Notes under the pieces: generated by a model
Told to the model about the DNA's origin: nothing
Databases searched by the model: none
Seen by the model: the letters and a program-made list of their open reading frames with translations, nothing else
From: an uncultured Gemmatimonadales bacterium
GTDB lineage: Bacteria; Gemmatimonadota; Gemmatimonadetes; Gemmatimonadales; GWC2-71-9
Reading direction: 5' to 3'
DNA length: 64,000 nucleotides
Assembly: GCA_963697755.1 (NCBI GenBank)
Contig: CAVOPE010000014.1
Coordinates: 107,817 to 171,816 of the forward strand
Shown: piece after piece, positions 53,713-61,396 of the stretch
Numbering within the stretch: position 1 is the first letter of the stretch
Layout: each line of letters starts with the position of its first letter
Made by a program: the position numbers and the translations under genes

Positions 53713-54064
53713 CGCCCGCCATCTCGGCGCAGGTTTCGGCGCAGCGGCGGCAGATCTCCGCGCAGGACGCCATGTAGGGGTCTTCGCCCATCCGGTCGCA
53801 CTCGTCGGCGCAGTGATTGCAGATGGCGGCACAGGCCCGGCAGGTATGCTGGTGCAGGTCCGACCCCCGGATCATGAAATCGGCGCTGGTCCGGCAGATC
53901 TCGGCACAGTCGAGGAGCAGCCGGACAAGGGGCTCGGTGAGACGGGGGGCGCGCTCACCCCGAAAGTGCCGGGCGGCGGTCTCCAGACAGATCCGATGGC
54001 AGTTGGTGCAGTTGTCGATGCACTGCTCCATGGTATGGATCCGCGGGGTGGTGGAGCGGGCCAT
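53702..54064 (-). CDS. cysteine-rich four-helix-bundle protein (DUF326 / copper-binding type)
   Basis: Within ORF 53702..54076(-); ATG 54064 follows GGGAGGA. Repeated Cys motifs CIDNCTNCHRIC, CAEICRTSADF, CRACAAICNHCADECD, CAEICRRCAETC. Confidence 0.75.
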   Translation of the reverse strand: MARSTTPRIHTMEQCIDNCTNCHRICLETAARHFRGERAPRLTEPLVRLLLDCAEICRTSADFMIRGSDLHQHTCRACAAICNHCADECDRMGEDPYMASCAEICRRCAETCAEMAGATS

Positions 54065-54172
54065 GTATCCTCCCAAGACGTTGGTGTCGTAGCGGTTCAG
54101 GGATCGGTTGTCCGACCCCTCGCACCTTAGGACCGGGGCGGAGAGCGGTCAACCCGAATAGATTTCTCCGTC

Positions 54173-55210
54173 ATGCCCCCAACCGACCAACTGAGCGAAC
54201 GGGAGCTCCGGGTCCTCGAGGCGGTCGTCCAGACCTATATCGAGACGGCCGAGCCCGCGGGGAGCCAGACCATCGCCCGGCGGTTCGGGCTGGGCGTGTC
54301 GCCGGCGACGATCCGGAACACCATGAGCGAGCTGGAGGACAAGGGGTACCTCTTTCATCCGCACACGTCCGCGGGCCGGATTCCGACCGATCGCGCGTAC
54401 CGCGTGTACGTGAACGAGATCATGCGCCTGGCGCCTCCGAGTCACGAGGCGCGGCACACCCTCAAGTCGGAGCTGGTCGGTTCGCGCAACGTGGCGGAGG
54501 AGATCCTGCGCCGCGCCGCCCAGGTACTCGGGGTCCTGACCCAGGAGCTGGGCGTGGCCGTGGCTCCGGCGCTGGACGAGATGGTGCTCGAGCGGCTCGA
54601 GCTGGTGCCGGTGAGCTCGGAGCGACTGCTCCTGGTCTTCAACCTCCGGAGCGGCATCGTCCGGACGATCTTCGTCGAAGTGCCCGGACGGGTGCGGCCC
54701 GAGACCGTGCACGAGGTCGCCCGGATCCTCCATGAGCGGCTCTCGGGGCACACGTTGCAGCGGATCCGGTCCACGCTGTCCGAGCGCCTCCGGGACGTTG
54801 GCGGAGGCGACGGAGGGCGGGAGCTGCTCAACATCTTCATCGCCGAGGGCGAGGGGATCTTCGATCTGTCCAACGAGCCCAACGCGGTGGTGCTGGGAAG
54901 CGCGCAGATGCTGGCCGATCAGCCGGAATTCGCCTCCAACGCGCGCATGCGCGAGCTGCTCCGGCTCACCGAGGGGCGCGACCTGCTCAAGCAGGCGCTC
55001 GCCGCGCGGCGACAGACCGGGCTGTCGATCACGATCGGGGCCGAGAACCCGGACGCGAGGCTGACCGACTTCACGCTGGTCACGGCGTCCTACGAGACCG
55101 GCGGCCTCAAGGGTGTCATCGGCGTGATGGGACCGACCCGGATGCCGTACGACAAGATCATCGGGCTGGTGGAGCACACCAGCCGCATGGTGGAGGATCT
55201 CCTGGAGTGA
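54173..55210 (+). CDS. hrcA: heat-inducible transcription repressor HrcA
   Basis: ORF 54173..55210. LSERELRVLEAVVQTYIETAEPAGSQTIARRFGLGVSPATIRNTMSELEDKGYLFHPHTSAGRIPTD, and C-terminal GVIGVMGPTRMPYDKIIGLV. Confidence 0.93.
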   Translation: MPPTDQLSERELRVLEAVVQTYIETAEPAGSQTIARRFGLGVSPATIRNTMSELEDKGYLFHPHTSAGRIPTDRAYRVYVNEIMRLAPPSHEARHTLKSELVGSRNVAEEILRRAAQVLGVLTQELGVAVAPALDEMVLERLELVPVSSERLLLVFNLRSGIVRTIFVEVPGRVRPETVHEVARILHERLSGHTLQRIRSTLSERLRDVGGGDGGRELLNIFIAEGEGIFDLSNEPNAVVLGSAQMLADQPEFASNARMRELLRLTEGRDLLKQALAARRQTGLSITIGAENPDARLTDFTLVTASYETGGLKGVIGVMGPTRMPYDKIIGLVEHTSRMVEDLLE

Positions 55211-56335
55211 CTGAATTTTACGCCCTGCTCGGCGTCGCCCGCGACGCGTCCGACGCCGACATCAAGAAGGCCTACCGGAAATTGGCCATGGAGTACCACC
55301 CGGACCGGAATGCCGCGCCCGAGGCGGAGGCCAAGTTCAAGGAGATCACCGAGGCGTACGAGGTCCTCCGGGATCCGCAGAAGCGCGCGACCTACGATCG
55401 GTACGGAAAGGCGGGCCTCGGCGGCGCGGCCGGCGGGTTCGGCTTCCACCACGTCGATCTCAGTGAGGCGCTCAACATCTTCATGCGCGACTTCGGCGGG
55501 ATGGGCGGCCTGGAGTCGCTCTTCGGCGGGCGGCCGCGCGCCGACACGCGCCGCGGGCAGGACGTGCGGGTGACGGTCAAGCTGAGCCTTGCCGACGTCG
55601 CGACCGGGATCAAGAAGAACGTGCGGTTCAAGGCGCCCGACCGCTGCGCCGTCTGTGAGGGTACCGGCGCCAAGCCGGGGAGCCGACCCACCACCTGCAG
55701 CACCTGCGGGGGCAGCGGCGAAGTGCGGCGCGCGGCGCGCAGCATGTTCGGGCAGTTCGTGTCCGTGTCCCCGTGCCCGACCTGCGCCGGCGAAGGCAGC
55801 GTGATCCTCGAGCCGTGCGAGGTCTGCCGGGGCGAGGGACGGGTGCGGGGCGAGAAGACCGTCACGGTCGAGATCCCGGCCGGCGTGTCGGCCAGCAACT
55901 ATCTGACGCTCCGTGGGCAGGGGGCGTCGGGGCCGCGGAACGGCCCGCCGGGCGATCTCCTCGTGATGCTGGACATCAAGGACGACGACCGGTTCGAGCG
56001 CCAGGGTGACGATCTGATCTACGATCTCGCGCTCTCGTTCTCCCAGGTGGCCCTCGGCGTGGCGACCAAGGTCCCCACGCCCTACGGCGAGGAAGAGGTC
56101 AAGATTGCGGCGGGGACGCAGCCGGAGACGATCGTCCGGCTGCGCGGCCGGGGCCTCCCGGTGCTCGGACAGAACGCCAAGGGCGATATGATCGTGCGCG
56201 TGCACGTCTGGACGCCCGAGCGGCTCAACGCCGAGCAGGAGCGGGTCTTCCGCGAGCTGTCGAAGCTGGAGGGCGAGCCCGCCCAAGCGGTCCCCGGGCT
56301 TCTGGTCCAAGCTCAAGGAGGCGCTGGGCGCATGA
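55207..56335 (+). CDS. dnaJ: chaperone DnaJ; one frameshift near 56280-56290 as sequenced
   Basis: GTG 55207 overlaps the hrcA TGA. J domain FYALLGVARDASDADIKKAYRKLAMEYHPDRN. Four CxxCxG motifs (CAVCEGTG, CSTCGGSG, CPTCAGEG, CEVCRGEG). The true C-terminus GFWSKLKEALGA-stop (TGA 56333-56335) is in the +1 frame relative to the body. The frame error creates the artificial 653-aa ORF 55207..57168. Confidence 0.92.
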
Positions 56336-57168
56336 CCTGGTGGGCGATCGACGTGCGGCCCGAGCCGTCCCGCCGCGGCCAAGTCGGCGCGTGGCTGGTG
56401 GCGCGCACGGGCCACGCGGTCGAGGAGCGGGAGGACGGCACGCTCGTCACCTTCGCCGAGGACGAGCACGCGGCCGAGGCGCTGATCGCGGCGCTCGCGT
56501 CGGCGGAAGACGCGCCGCTGGAGACGGCGCGCCGTCCGCTGGAGTCGGTGGACTGGTCGACGCGCTGGCGTGAGGGCCTCGGTCCGCGTCGCGTCGGCCG
56601 GCTCACCGTGGTGCCGTCCTGGTTCGAGTCGCCGGAGACGCTTCGTCAGCCCGTGGTCGTGCTGGATCCCGAGACCGCGTTCGGCAGCGGCGAGCATGGG
56701 TCCACCCGAGCGGCCCTCGCGCTGCTCGAACGCCACCTGCGACCCGGCGACCGGGTGCTCGACCTGGGAAGCGGGAGCGGGATTCTGGCGATCGCCGCGG
56801 TGAAGCTCGGCGCCGTGAGCGCCGTGGGGATCGAAAACGATCCGGAGGCCAACCCGGTGGCCTGGCGGAACGCCGAGCGCAACGATGTCGTCGGCGCGGT
56901 GCAGTTCCTCGAAGGCGACGCCGGCGACCTCGCCCCGCTGCTCGGCCCGGCTGACGTGGTGCTGTCCAACATTCTCCGCACGGTGAACACCGCGCTCCTG
57001 CCCGCGATCGTGTCGGCCGTTCGCCCCGGCGGCGGGTTGGCCGTCTTTTCTGGAATGGAGCGGGCGGAAGCGCCGGTATTCCTGCCCGCCCTGGCTGCCG
57101 CGGGACTGACGGTGCGAGACGACGTCGTAGACAGCGGCTGGTGGGCGGTGGCCGCGGCGCGGGTGTGA
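56332..57168 (+). CDS. prmA: ribosomal protein L11 methyltransferase
   Basis: ATG 56332 overlaps the dnaJ TGA (ATGA). VVVLDPETAFGSGEHGSTRAALALLE, VLDLGSGSGILAIAAVKLGA, GIENDPEA. Confidence 0.88.
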   Translation: MTWWAIDVRPEPSRRGQVGAWLVARTGHAVEEREDGTLVTFAEDEHAAEALIAALASAEDAPLETARRPLESVDWSTRWREGLGPRRVGRLTVVPSWFESPETLRQPVVVLDPETAFGSGEHGSTRAALALLERHLRPGDRVLDLGSGSGILAIAAVKLGAVSAVGIENDPEANPVAWRNAERNDVVGAVQFLEGDAGDLAPLLGPADVVLSNILRTVNTALLPAIVSAVRPGGGLAVFSGMERAEAPVFLPALAAAGLTVRDDVVDSGWWAVAAARV

Positions 57169-57875
57169 TCACGCTGTTGGTTCCCCATGGGATCGTCGCG
57201 GGTCGCCGCGAGCCGATCGACGAGGGCGAGCAGCATCACCTGCGGGTGCGTCGCGCCGCGGAAGGTGAGCCCGTGGCGTTACGCGACGGCGCCGGTCTCG
57301 TGGGGACTGGCAGGCTCGTGGTCTCGGGCCGCGAATGGCAGGTCGAGGTAGAGGCCGTCGAGCGTCGCCCCCGGCCGGCCGAGCTGACACTGGCCGTCGG
57401 GGCGGGGGATCGGGAGCGCTTCGCCTGGCTGGTCGAGAAGGCCGCCGAGCTCGGCGCGACCGCCATCGTGCCGCTGGAAACCGAGCACGTCCGTGGCGTC
57501 GCCAGCCGCGTGCGCGAGGGGCACGTGGCCAAACTGCGCCGACAGGCGCTGGAAGCGGTGAAGCAGTGCGGGGCGGCGTGGGCGCCGGGCGTCGAGGCGC
57601 CTGTCGGGATCAACGAGTTCGTGGCGCGCGCGCGCGCCGGTCACCAGTGGCTGGCCGACGCCGGCGGCACCGCGCCGCCGGCCTCGCTTGACGCCCAGCC
57701 GGTGACGGTGGTGGTCGGCCCCGAGGGCGGACTCACCGACCAGGAGCGCCGAACGCTCGCCGCCGCGGGCTATCGCCCGGTGGCCCTGGCAGCCCACACG
57801 CTTCGATTCGAGACCGCCGCCCTGGCCGCCGCGTCGGCGGTCGGCAACGCTCGCCTCCGGGGGACGCATGGCTGA
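57165..57875 (+). CDS. rsmE: 16S rRNA (uracil1498-N3)-methyltransferase RsmE
   Basis: Within ORF 57141..57875; GTG 57165 overlaps the prmA TGA. HHLRVRR, KRERFAWLVEKAAELGATAIVPL-type core (DRERFAWLVEKAAELGA), VVVGPEGGLTDQE, LRFETAALAA. Confidence 0.85.
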   Translation: MITLLVPHGIVAGRREPIDEGEQHHLRVRRAAEGEPVALRDGAGLVGTGRLVVSGREWQVEVEAVERRPRPAELTLAVGAGDRERFAWLVEKAAELGATAIVPLETEHVRGVASRVREGHVAKLRRQALEAVKQCGAAWAPGVEAPVGINEFVARARAGHQWLADAGGTAPPASLDAQPVTVVVGPEGGLTDQERRTLAAAGYRPVALAAHTLRFETAALAAASAVGNARLRGTHG

Positions 57876-58212
57876 TTGTCTGTTTTGCAAGGTCGTGGCG
57901 GGCGAGATCCCGGCCAAAGTCGTAAAGCGAACCGACGACGCGCTGGCGTTTCACGACATCGACGCCAAAGCTCCGGTGCACGTCCTCGTGATTCCCACCC
58001 GCCACATTCCCGCCGTTCGCGATGCCGGCCCCGATGGCGAGGCCCTGCTCGGGCGACTGCTCGCCTTCAGTGCCGAGGTCGCGCGCGACCTCGGTCTCGA
58101 TGCCCGGGGCTACCGCATCGTGACCAACACCGGCCCTGACGCCGGCCAGAGTGTGGACCATCTCCACTTGCACGTGCTCGGCGGGCGGAAGTTCACCTGG
58201 CCGCCGGGCTGA
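57868..58212 (+). CDS. HIT-family (histidine triad) nucleotide hydrolase
   Basis: ORF 57868..58212. CLFCKVVAGEIPAKVV, APVHVLVIP, GQSVDHLHLHVLGG. Confidence 0.9.
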   Translation: MADCLFCKVVAGEIPAKVVKRTDDALAFHDIDAKAPVHVLVIPTRHIPAVRDAGPDGEALLGRLLAFSAEVARDLGLDARGYRIVTNTGPDAGQSVDHLHLHVLGGRKFTWPPG

Positions 58213-58226
58213 CCCCGCGGCGGCGC

Positions 58227-58255
58227 TTGATCCATCGCCGGTCGCTGGCTAAATT
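58227..58255 (+). promoter_or_regulatory. sigma70-like promoter candidate for rpsU (TTGATC-17 nt-TAAATT)
   Basis: Read directly: TTGATC (58227-58232), a 17-nt spacer, TAAATT (58250-58255), about 50 nt upstream of the rpsU ATG. The consensus used is the generic bacterial one and may not apply to this lineage. Confidence 0.35.
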
Positions 58256-58306
58256 CGCCCCTCGGTACATTTTACGCCGACAGGCGCGAGAGGGGTGATC
58301 ACAGGA

Positions 58307-58504
58307 ATGCCGGAAGTCATCATCCACGATGACGAGAGCTTCGATCGGGCGCTCAAGCGGTTCAAGAAAAAGTGCGAGAAGGCGGGGATCCTCTCGGACC
58401 TGCGCAAGCACCGCCACTTCGAGAAGCCCAGCGAAAAGCGGAAGCGGAAGATGAACGCCGCGGTCCGCAAGAATCGTCGTGGACCTCGTGTCCCCCGAGC
58501 CTAA
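58307..58504 (+). CDS. rpsU: 30S ribosomal protein S21
   Basis: Within ORF 58295..58504; ATG 58307. [48 protein letters not shown]. Confidence 0.92.
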   Translation: MPEVIIHDDESFDRALKRFKKKCEKAGILSDLRKHRHFEKPSEKRKRKMNAAVRKNRRGPRVPRA

Positions 58505-58943
58505 TCCCGGCGTCGGCGAGGCCTTGCGGGCCGCGATGAACGCCGCCCGCAAAGCCCAGGACAAGGATCGAACCCTCGTGCTGGGCACGATCCTCGCCAA
58601 TCTGAAGAACCGCGAGATCGAGCTGCGACGGCCCCCCACCGACGAGGACGTGCTCGAGGTGCTGCGGAAAGGCATCAAGACCCGCCGCGAATCCGTGGAG
58701 CAGTACACCGCCGCCAACCGGCCGGAGCTGGCCGAGACCGAGCGGAAGCAGATCCAGGTGCTGGAGGAATTCCTCCCGCCGGCGGTGGACCCCGAGGAGA
58801 TCCGGGCCGCCGTCCGAGCCGCCATCGCCGGCGGCGCGAAGGACCTCGGGAAGGTGATGGGCCAGGTGCTCCCCAAGTTCAAGGGGCGGGCCGACGGCAA
58901 GACCGTGAACCAGATCGTGCGCGAGGAGCTGCAGGCGGGCTGA
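58479..58943 (+). CDS. GatB/YqeY-domain protein
   Basis: ORF 58479..58943. ...[21 protein letters not shown]..., [54 protein letters not shown]. Start uncertain (GTG 58479 or 58488; overlaps the rpsU end). Confidence 0.85.
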   Translation: MDLVSPEPNPGVGEALRAAMNAARKAQDKDRTLVLGTILANLKNREIELRRPPTDEDVLEVLRKGIKTRRESVEQYTAANRPELAETERKQIQVLEEFLPPAVDPEEIRAAVRAAIAGGAKDLGKVMGQVLPKFKGRADGKTVNQIVREELQAG

Positions 58944-61396
58944 TGTCGCTGTCGCCAGACGCGGTTTCTCCCGGGGTGCCGGCCCAGACTGAGGGCGGCA
59001 CCCCGTCGCCTTTACCCCCCGACCAGAGCGCCGACGCGCTGGAGACGATCGAGTTCGACCAGGTGGTCGAGCTGGTCGCCACGCGTGCCGTCGGGCCGCT
59101 GGGTGCCGCCAGGATCCGGGCCCGGCGCCCGACCGACGATCTCGCCTGGATCGGCGGCGAGCTGGCGGGCGTGGGCGAGGTGGCCGGTCTCTTTCGCCGA
59201 GGCGACGCACTGCTGGTCGAGCCGATCCCCGATGTCGGCCGCGCGCTCGGCCGCCTGCGGATCGACGGCAGCGTGCTCGAAGGCGGCCAGCTCGCCGGAA
59301 TTCACCGCGTGCTCGTGGCGGCGCGGCTCATCCAGGCGGATCTCCGGCGGGTCGCCGAGATCGCGCCGCGCGCCGGCGCGATGGCGCGCCCGCTCCCGGA
59401 CAAGACGATCGAGCGGCGGCTCGAGCAGTCGGTGGACCCCGAAGGCGGGGTGCTCGATACCGCGAGCCCGCGCCTGGCCGCCGCGCGGCGCGAGGTGCAC
59501 GCGGCGCGCCACCGCCTGCTGCGCAAGCTCGAGACGCTGCTCCGCGGACTCGACGCGAGCACGGCCCCGGCCGATGCCTCCGTCACGGTCCGCGGCGGAC
59601 GGTACGTCATCCCGGTGCGCCGGGACTCGCGGAGCCGGCCGGGCGGCATCGTGCACGACGAGAGCGGCAGCGCCGGCACGCTGTTCATCGAGCCGTCCGA
59701 GGCCATCGAGCTGGGCAACGCCCTGCGCGAAGCGGAGGTCAACGAGGAGCGCGAGACACTCCGCGTGCTGCGCGAGCTGACCGACCTGCTCCGGCCCGAG
59801 CTGCCGCTGCTCCGCGACCTGGTGGAGATGTGCGTCGCCGTGGACGATCTCGTCGCCCGGGCGCGCTACGCGATGGACGTCGGCGGCGAGGTGCCCGAGA
59901 TGGCGGCGGCGCCGGCCGCGCTCCGGGTGGTGAACGGACGGCATCCGCTGCTGCTCGCGGGCGCGGACCCCGTCGTGCCCTTCGATCTCGAGCTCCCGTC
60001 CGAGGAGCGCACGCTGCTCATCAGCGGGCCGAACACGGGCGGGAAGACCGTGCTGCTGAAGGCGGTCGGCCTCGCGACCGCACTGGCCCAGAGCGGCATC
60101 GTGCCGCCGGTGGGGGCGGGCAGCCGGCTGCCGGTCTTCCGGCGCTACTTCGCCGACATCGGGGATCGCCAGAGCATCGCGGCGAGCCTCTCGACGTTCA
60201 GCGCGCACGTCCGCATGCTCCGCCGGATCCTCGACCAGGCCGACGACGCGACGCTGGTCCTGCTCGACGAGGTCGGCAGCGGGACCGATCCGGCGGAAGG
60301 CGCCGCGCTCGCGGCGGCGACGCTGGTGTCGCTGACCGGGCGGGGCACGCTCACGCTCGCGACCACGCACCTCGGATCGCTCAAGGACGTGGCGAGTCAC
60401 ACGCCTGGCGTGGTGAACGCGTCCCTTCAGTTCGACGCGGCCACGCTCACGCCGACCTACCGGTTCCTGAAGGGGGTGCCCGGCCGCTCCTATGGGCTGG
60501 CCATCGCGCGCCGCCTCGGCGTACCGCCCGCGATCCTGACCGATGCCGAAGCCCGCGTGCCCGACGCGGAGCGCAGTCTCGACGCCCTGCTGGCGGCCGT
60601 GGAGGAGCGTCAGCGTGAGCTCGCCGCCGCCCAGGCGGCCCAGGCGGAGCGCACCGTGGAGCTCGACGCCTTGGAGGCAAGGCTCTCGGTCCAGCAGACG
60701 TCGCAGGCGGCGCGAGAGGCGGAGCTCAAGCGGCGGGAGAAGGACGCCGAGCGCGCGGGCCGGCAGCAGGCCCGCGCCTTCCTCCTCGAGGCGCGGCAGC
60801 GGGTCGAGGACGCCCTCGGCGCGGCGCGCGGCGCTGCCGACGACGCGGCGCGCGAGGCCCGGCGACTGGTCGAGGAGGGTATTCGGGAGCAGGGGGAGGA
60901 GTTGGAGAGGACGGAGAGGACGGAGAGGACGGAGAAGACGGAGAGGGAGAGTGCGATCGAGGTCGGCGATCGAGTCCGGCTGGCCAGTGGGGGAGCGGGG
61001 CAGGTGCTCGAGGTCCGGCCGGACGGCAAGCTCGTCGTGGCGATGGGGGCGATGAAGATGGTGGTGGACGCCAACCAGGCCACCCGCACGGCGGGCCAGC
61101 CTCAGGTGGCGACACCCTCTCCGTCCTCTCCGTCCTCTCCGTCCTCTCCGTCCTCTCTCGAGATCGACCTCCGCGGCATGACGGGCGACGAGGCCGAGAT
61201 GGCCACGGTCGCGGCGGTGGACGCCGCCGTGTTGGCGGAGCAGCCGTACCTGCGCATCATTCATGGGATGGGCACCGGCGTGGTGCGTGAGCGCGTGCGG
61301 CGGGTCGTCTCGGGCGACCGGCGCGTGGCGCGCTTCGGCTTCGCGCCGCGGAACCAGGGCGGCACCGGGGTCACCATCGTCGAGTTCTCGGCGTGA
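58943..61396 (+). CDS. mutS2: endonuclease MutS2 (MutS domain V ATPase + C-terminal Smr)
   Basis: ORF 58943..61396; the ATG overlaps the preceding TGA. LLISGPNTGGKTVLLKAVGL (Walker A), LVLLDEVGSGTDPAEGAAL, a long coiled-coil, then Smr LEIDLRGMTGDEAEMATV...LRIIHGMGTGVVRERV. Contains the two inverted 9-mer arrays listed separately. Confidence 0.92.
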   Translation: MSLSPDAVSPGVPAQTEGGTPSPLPPDQSADALETIEFDQVVELVATRAVGPLGAARIRARRPTDDLAWIGGELAGVGEVAGLFRRGDALLVEPIPDVGRALGRLRIDGSVLEGGQLAGIHRVLVAARLIQADLRRVAEIAPRAGAMARPLPDKTIERRLEQSVDPEGGVLDTASPRLAAARREVHAARHRLLRKLETLLRGLDASTAPADASVTVRGGRYVIPVRRDSRSRPGGIVHDESGSAGTLFIEPSEAIELGNALREAEVNEERETLRVLRELTDLLRPELPLLRDLVEMCVAVDDLVARARYAMDVGGEVPEMAAAPAALRVVNGRHPLLLAGADPVVPFDLELPSEERTLLISGPNTGGKTVLLKAVGLATALAQSGIVPPVGAGSRLPVFRRYFADIGDRQSIAASLSTFSAHVRMLRRILDQADDATLVLLDEVGSGTDPAEGAALAAATLVSLTGRGTLTLATTHLGSLKDVASHTPGVVNASLQFDAATLTPTYRFLKGVPGRSYGLAIARRLGVPPAILTDAEARVPDAERSLDALLAAVEERQRELAAAQAAQAERTVELDALEARLSVQQTSQAAREAELKRREKDAERAGRQQARAFLLEARQRVEDALGAARGAADDAAREARRLVEEGIREQGEELERTERTERTEKTERESAIEVGDRVRLASGGAGQVLEVRPDGKLVVAMGAMKMVVDANQATRTAGQPQVATPSPSSPSSPSSPSSLEIDLRGMTGDEAEMATVAAVDAAVLAEQPYLRIIHGMGTGVVRERVRRVVSGDRRVARFGFAPRNQGGTGVTIVEFSA
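60904..60951. repeat. tandem 9-bp array (GGAGAGGAC x3 perfect + GGAGAAGAC + GGAGAGGGA), left arm of an inverted pair
   Basis: Read directly; translated in the mutS2 frame as ERTERTERTEKTERE. Confidence 0.95.
61115..61158. repeat. tandem 9-bp array (CCGTCCTCT x4 perfect, preceded by CCCTCT), reverse complement of the left arm
   Basis: Read directly. CCGTCCTCT is the reverse complement of AGAGGACGG, the same repeat in another phase. Translated in the mutS2 frame as PSPSSPSSPSSPSS. Confidence 0.95.

Noticed and set aside
54077-54172. CIRCE operator upstream of hrcA
   Set aside because: No TTAGCACTC/GAGTGCTAA half-sites or a convincing inverted repeat were found by eye. It is not reported as a feature.
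55207-57168. Apparent 653-aa DnaJ-PrmA fusion protein
   Set aside because: The canonical DnaJ C-terminus (GFWSKLKEALGA-stop) is present in the +1 frame. Its TGA overlaps the PrmA ATG (ATGA at 56332). The fusion is therefore produced by a single frame error near 56285.
60904-61158. Repeat arrays considered as a CRISPR-like or minisatellite locus
   Set aside because: The units are 9 bp with no spacers. They lie in frame inside mutS2, and the two arrays are inverted relative to each other. This is not CRISPR architecture.
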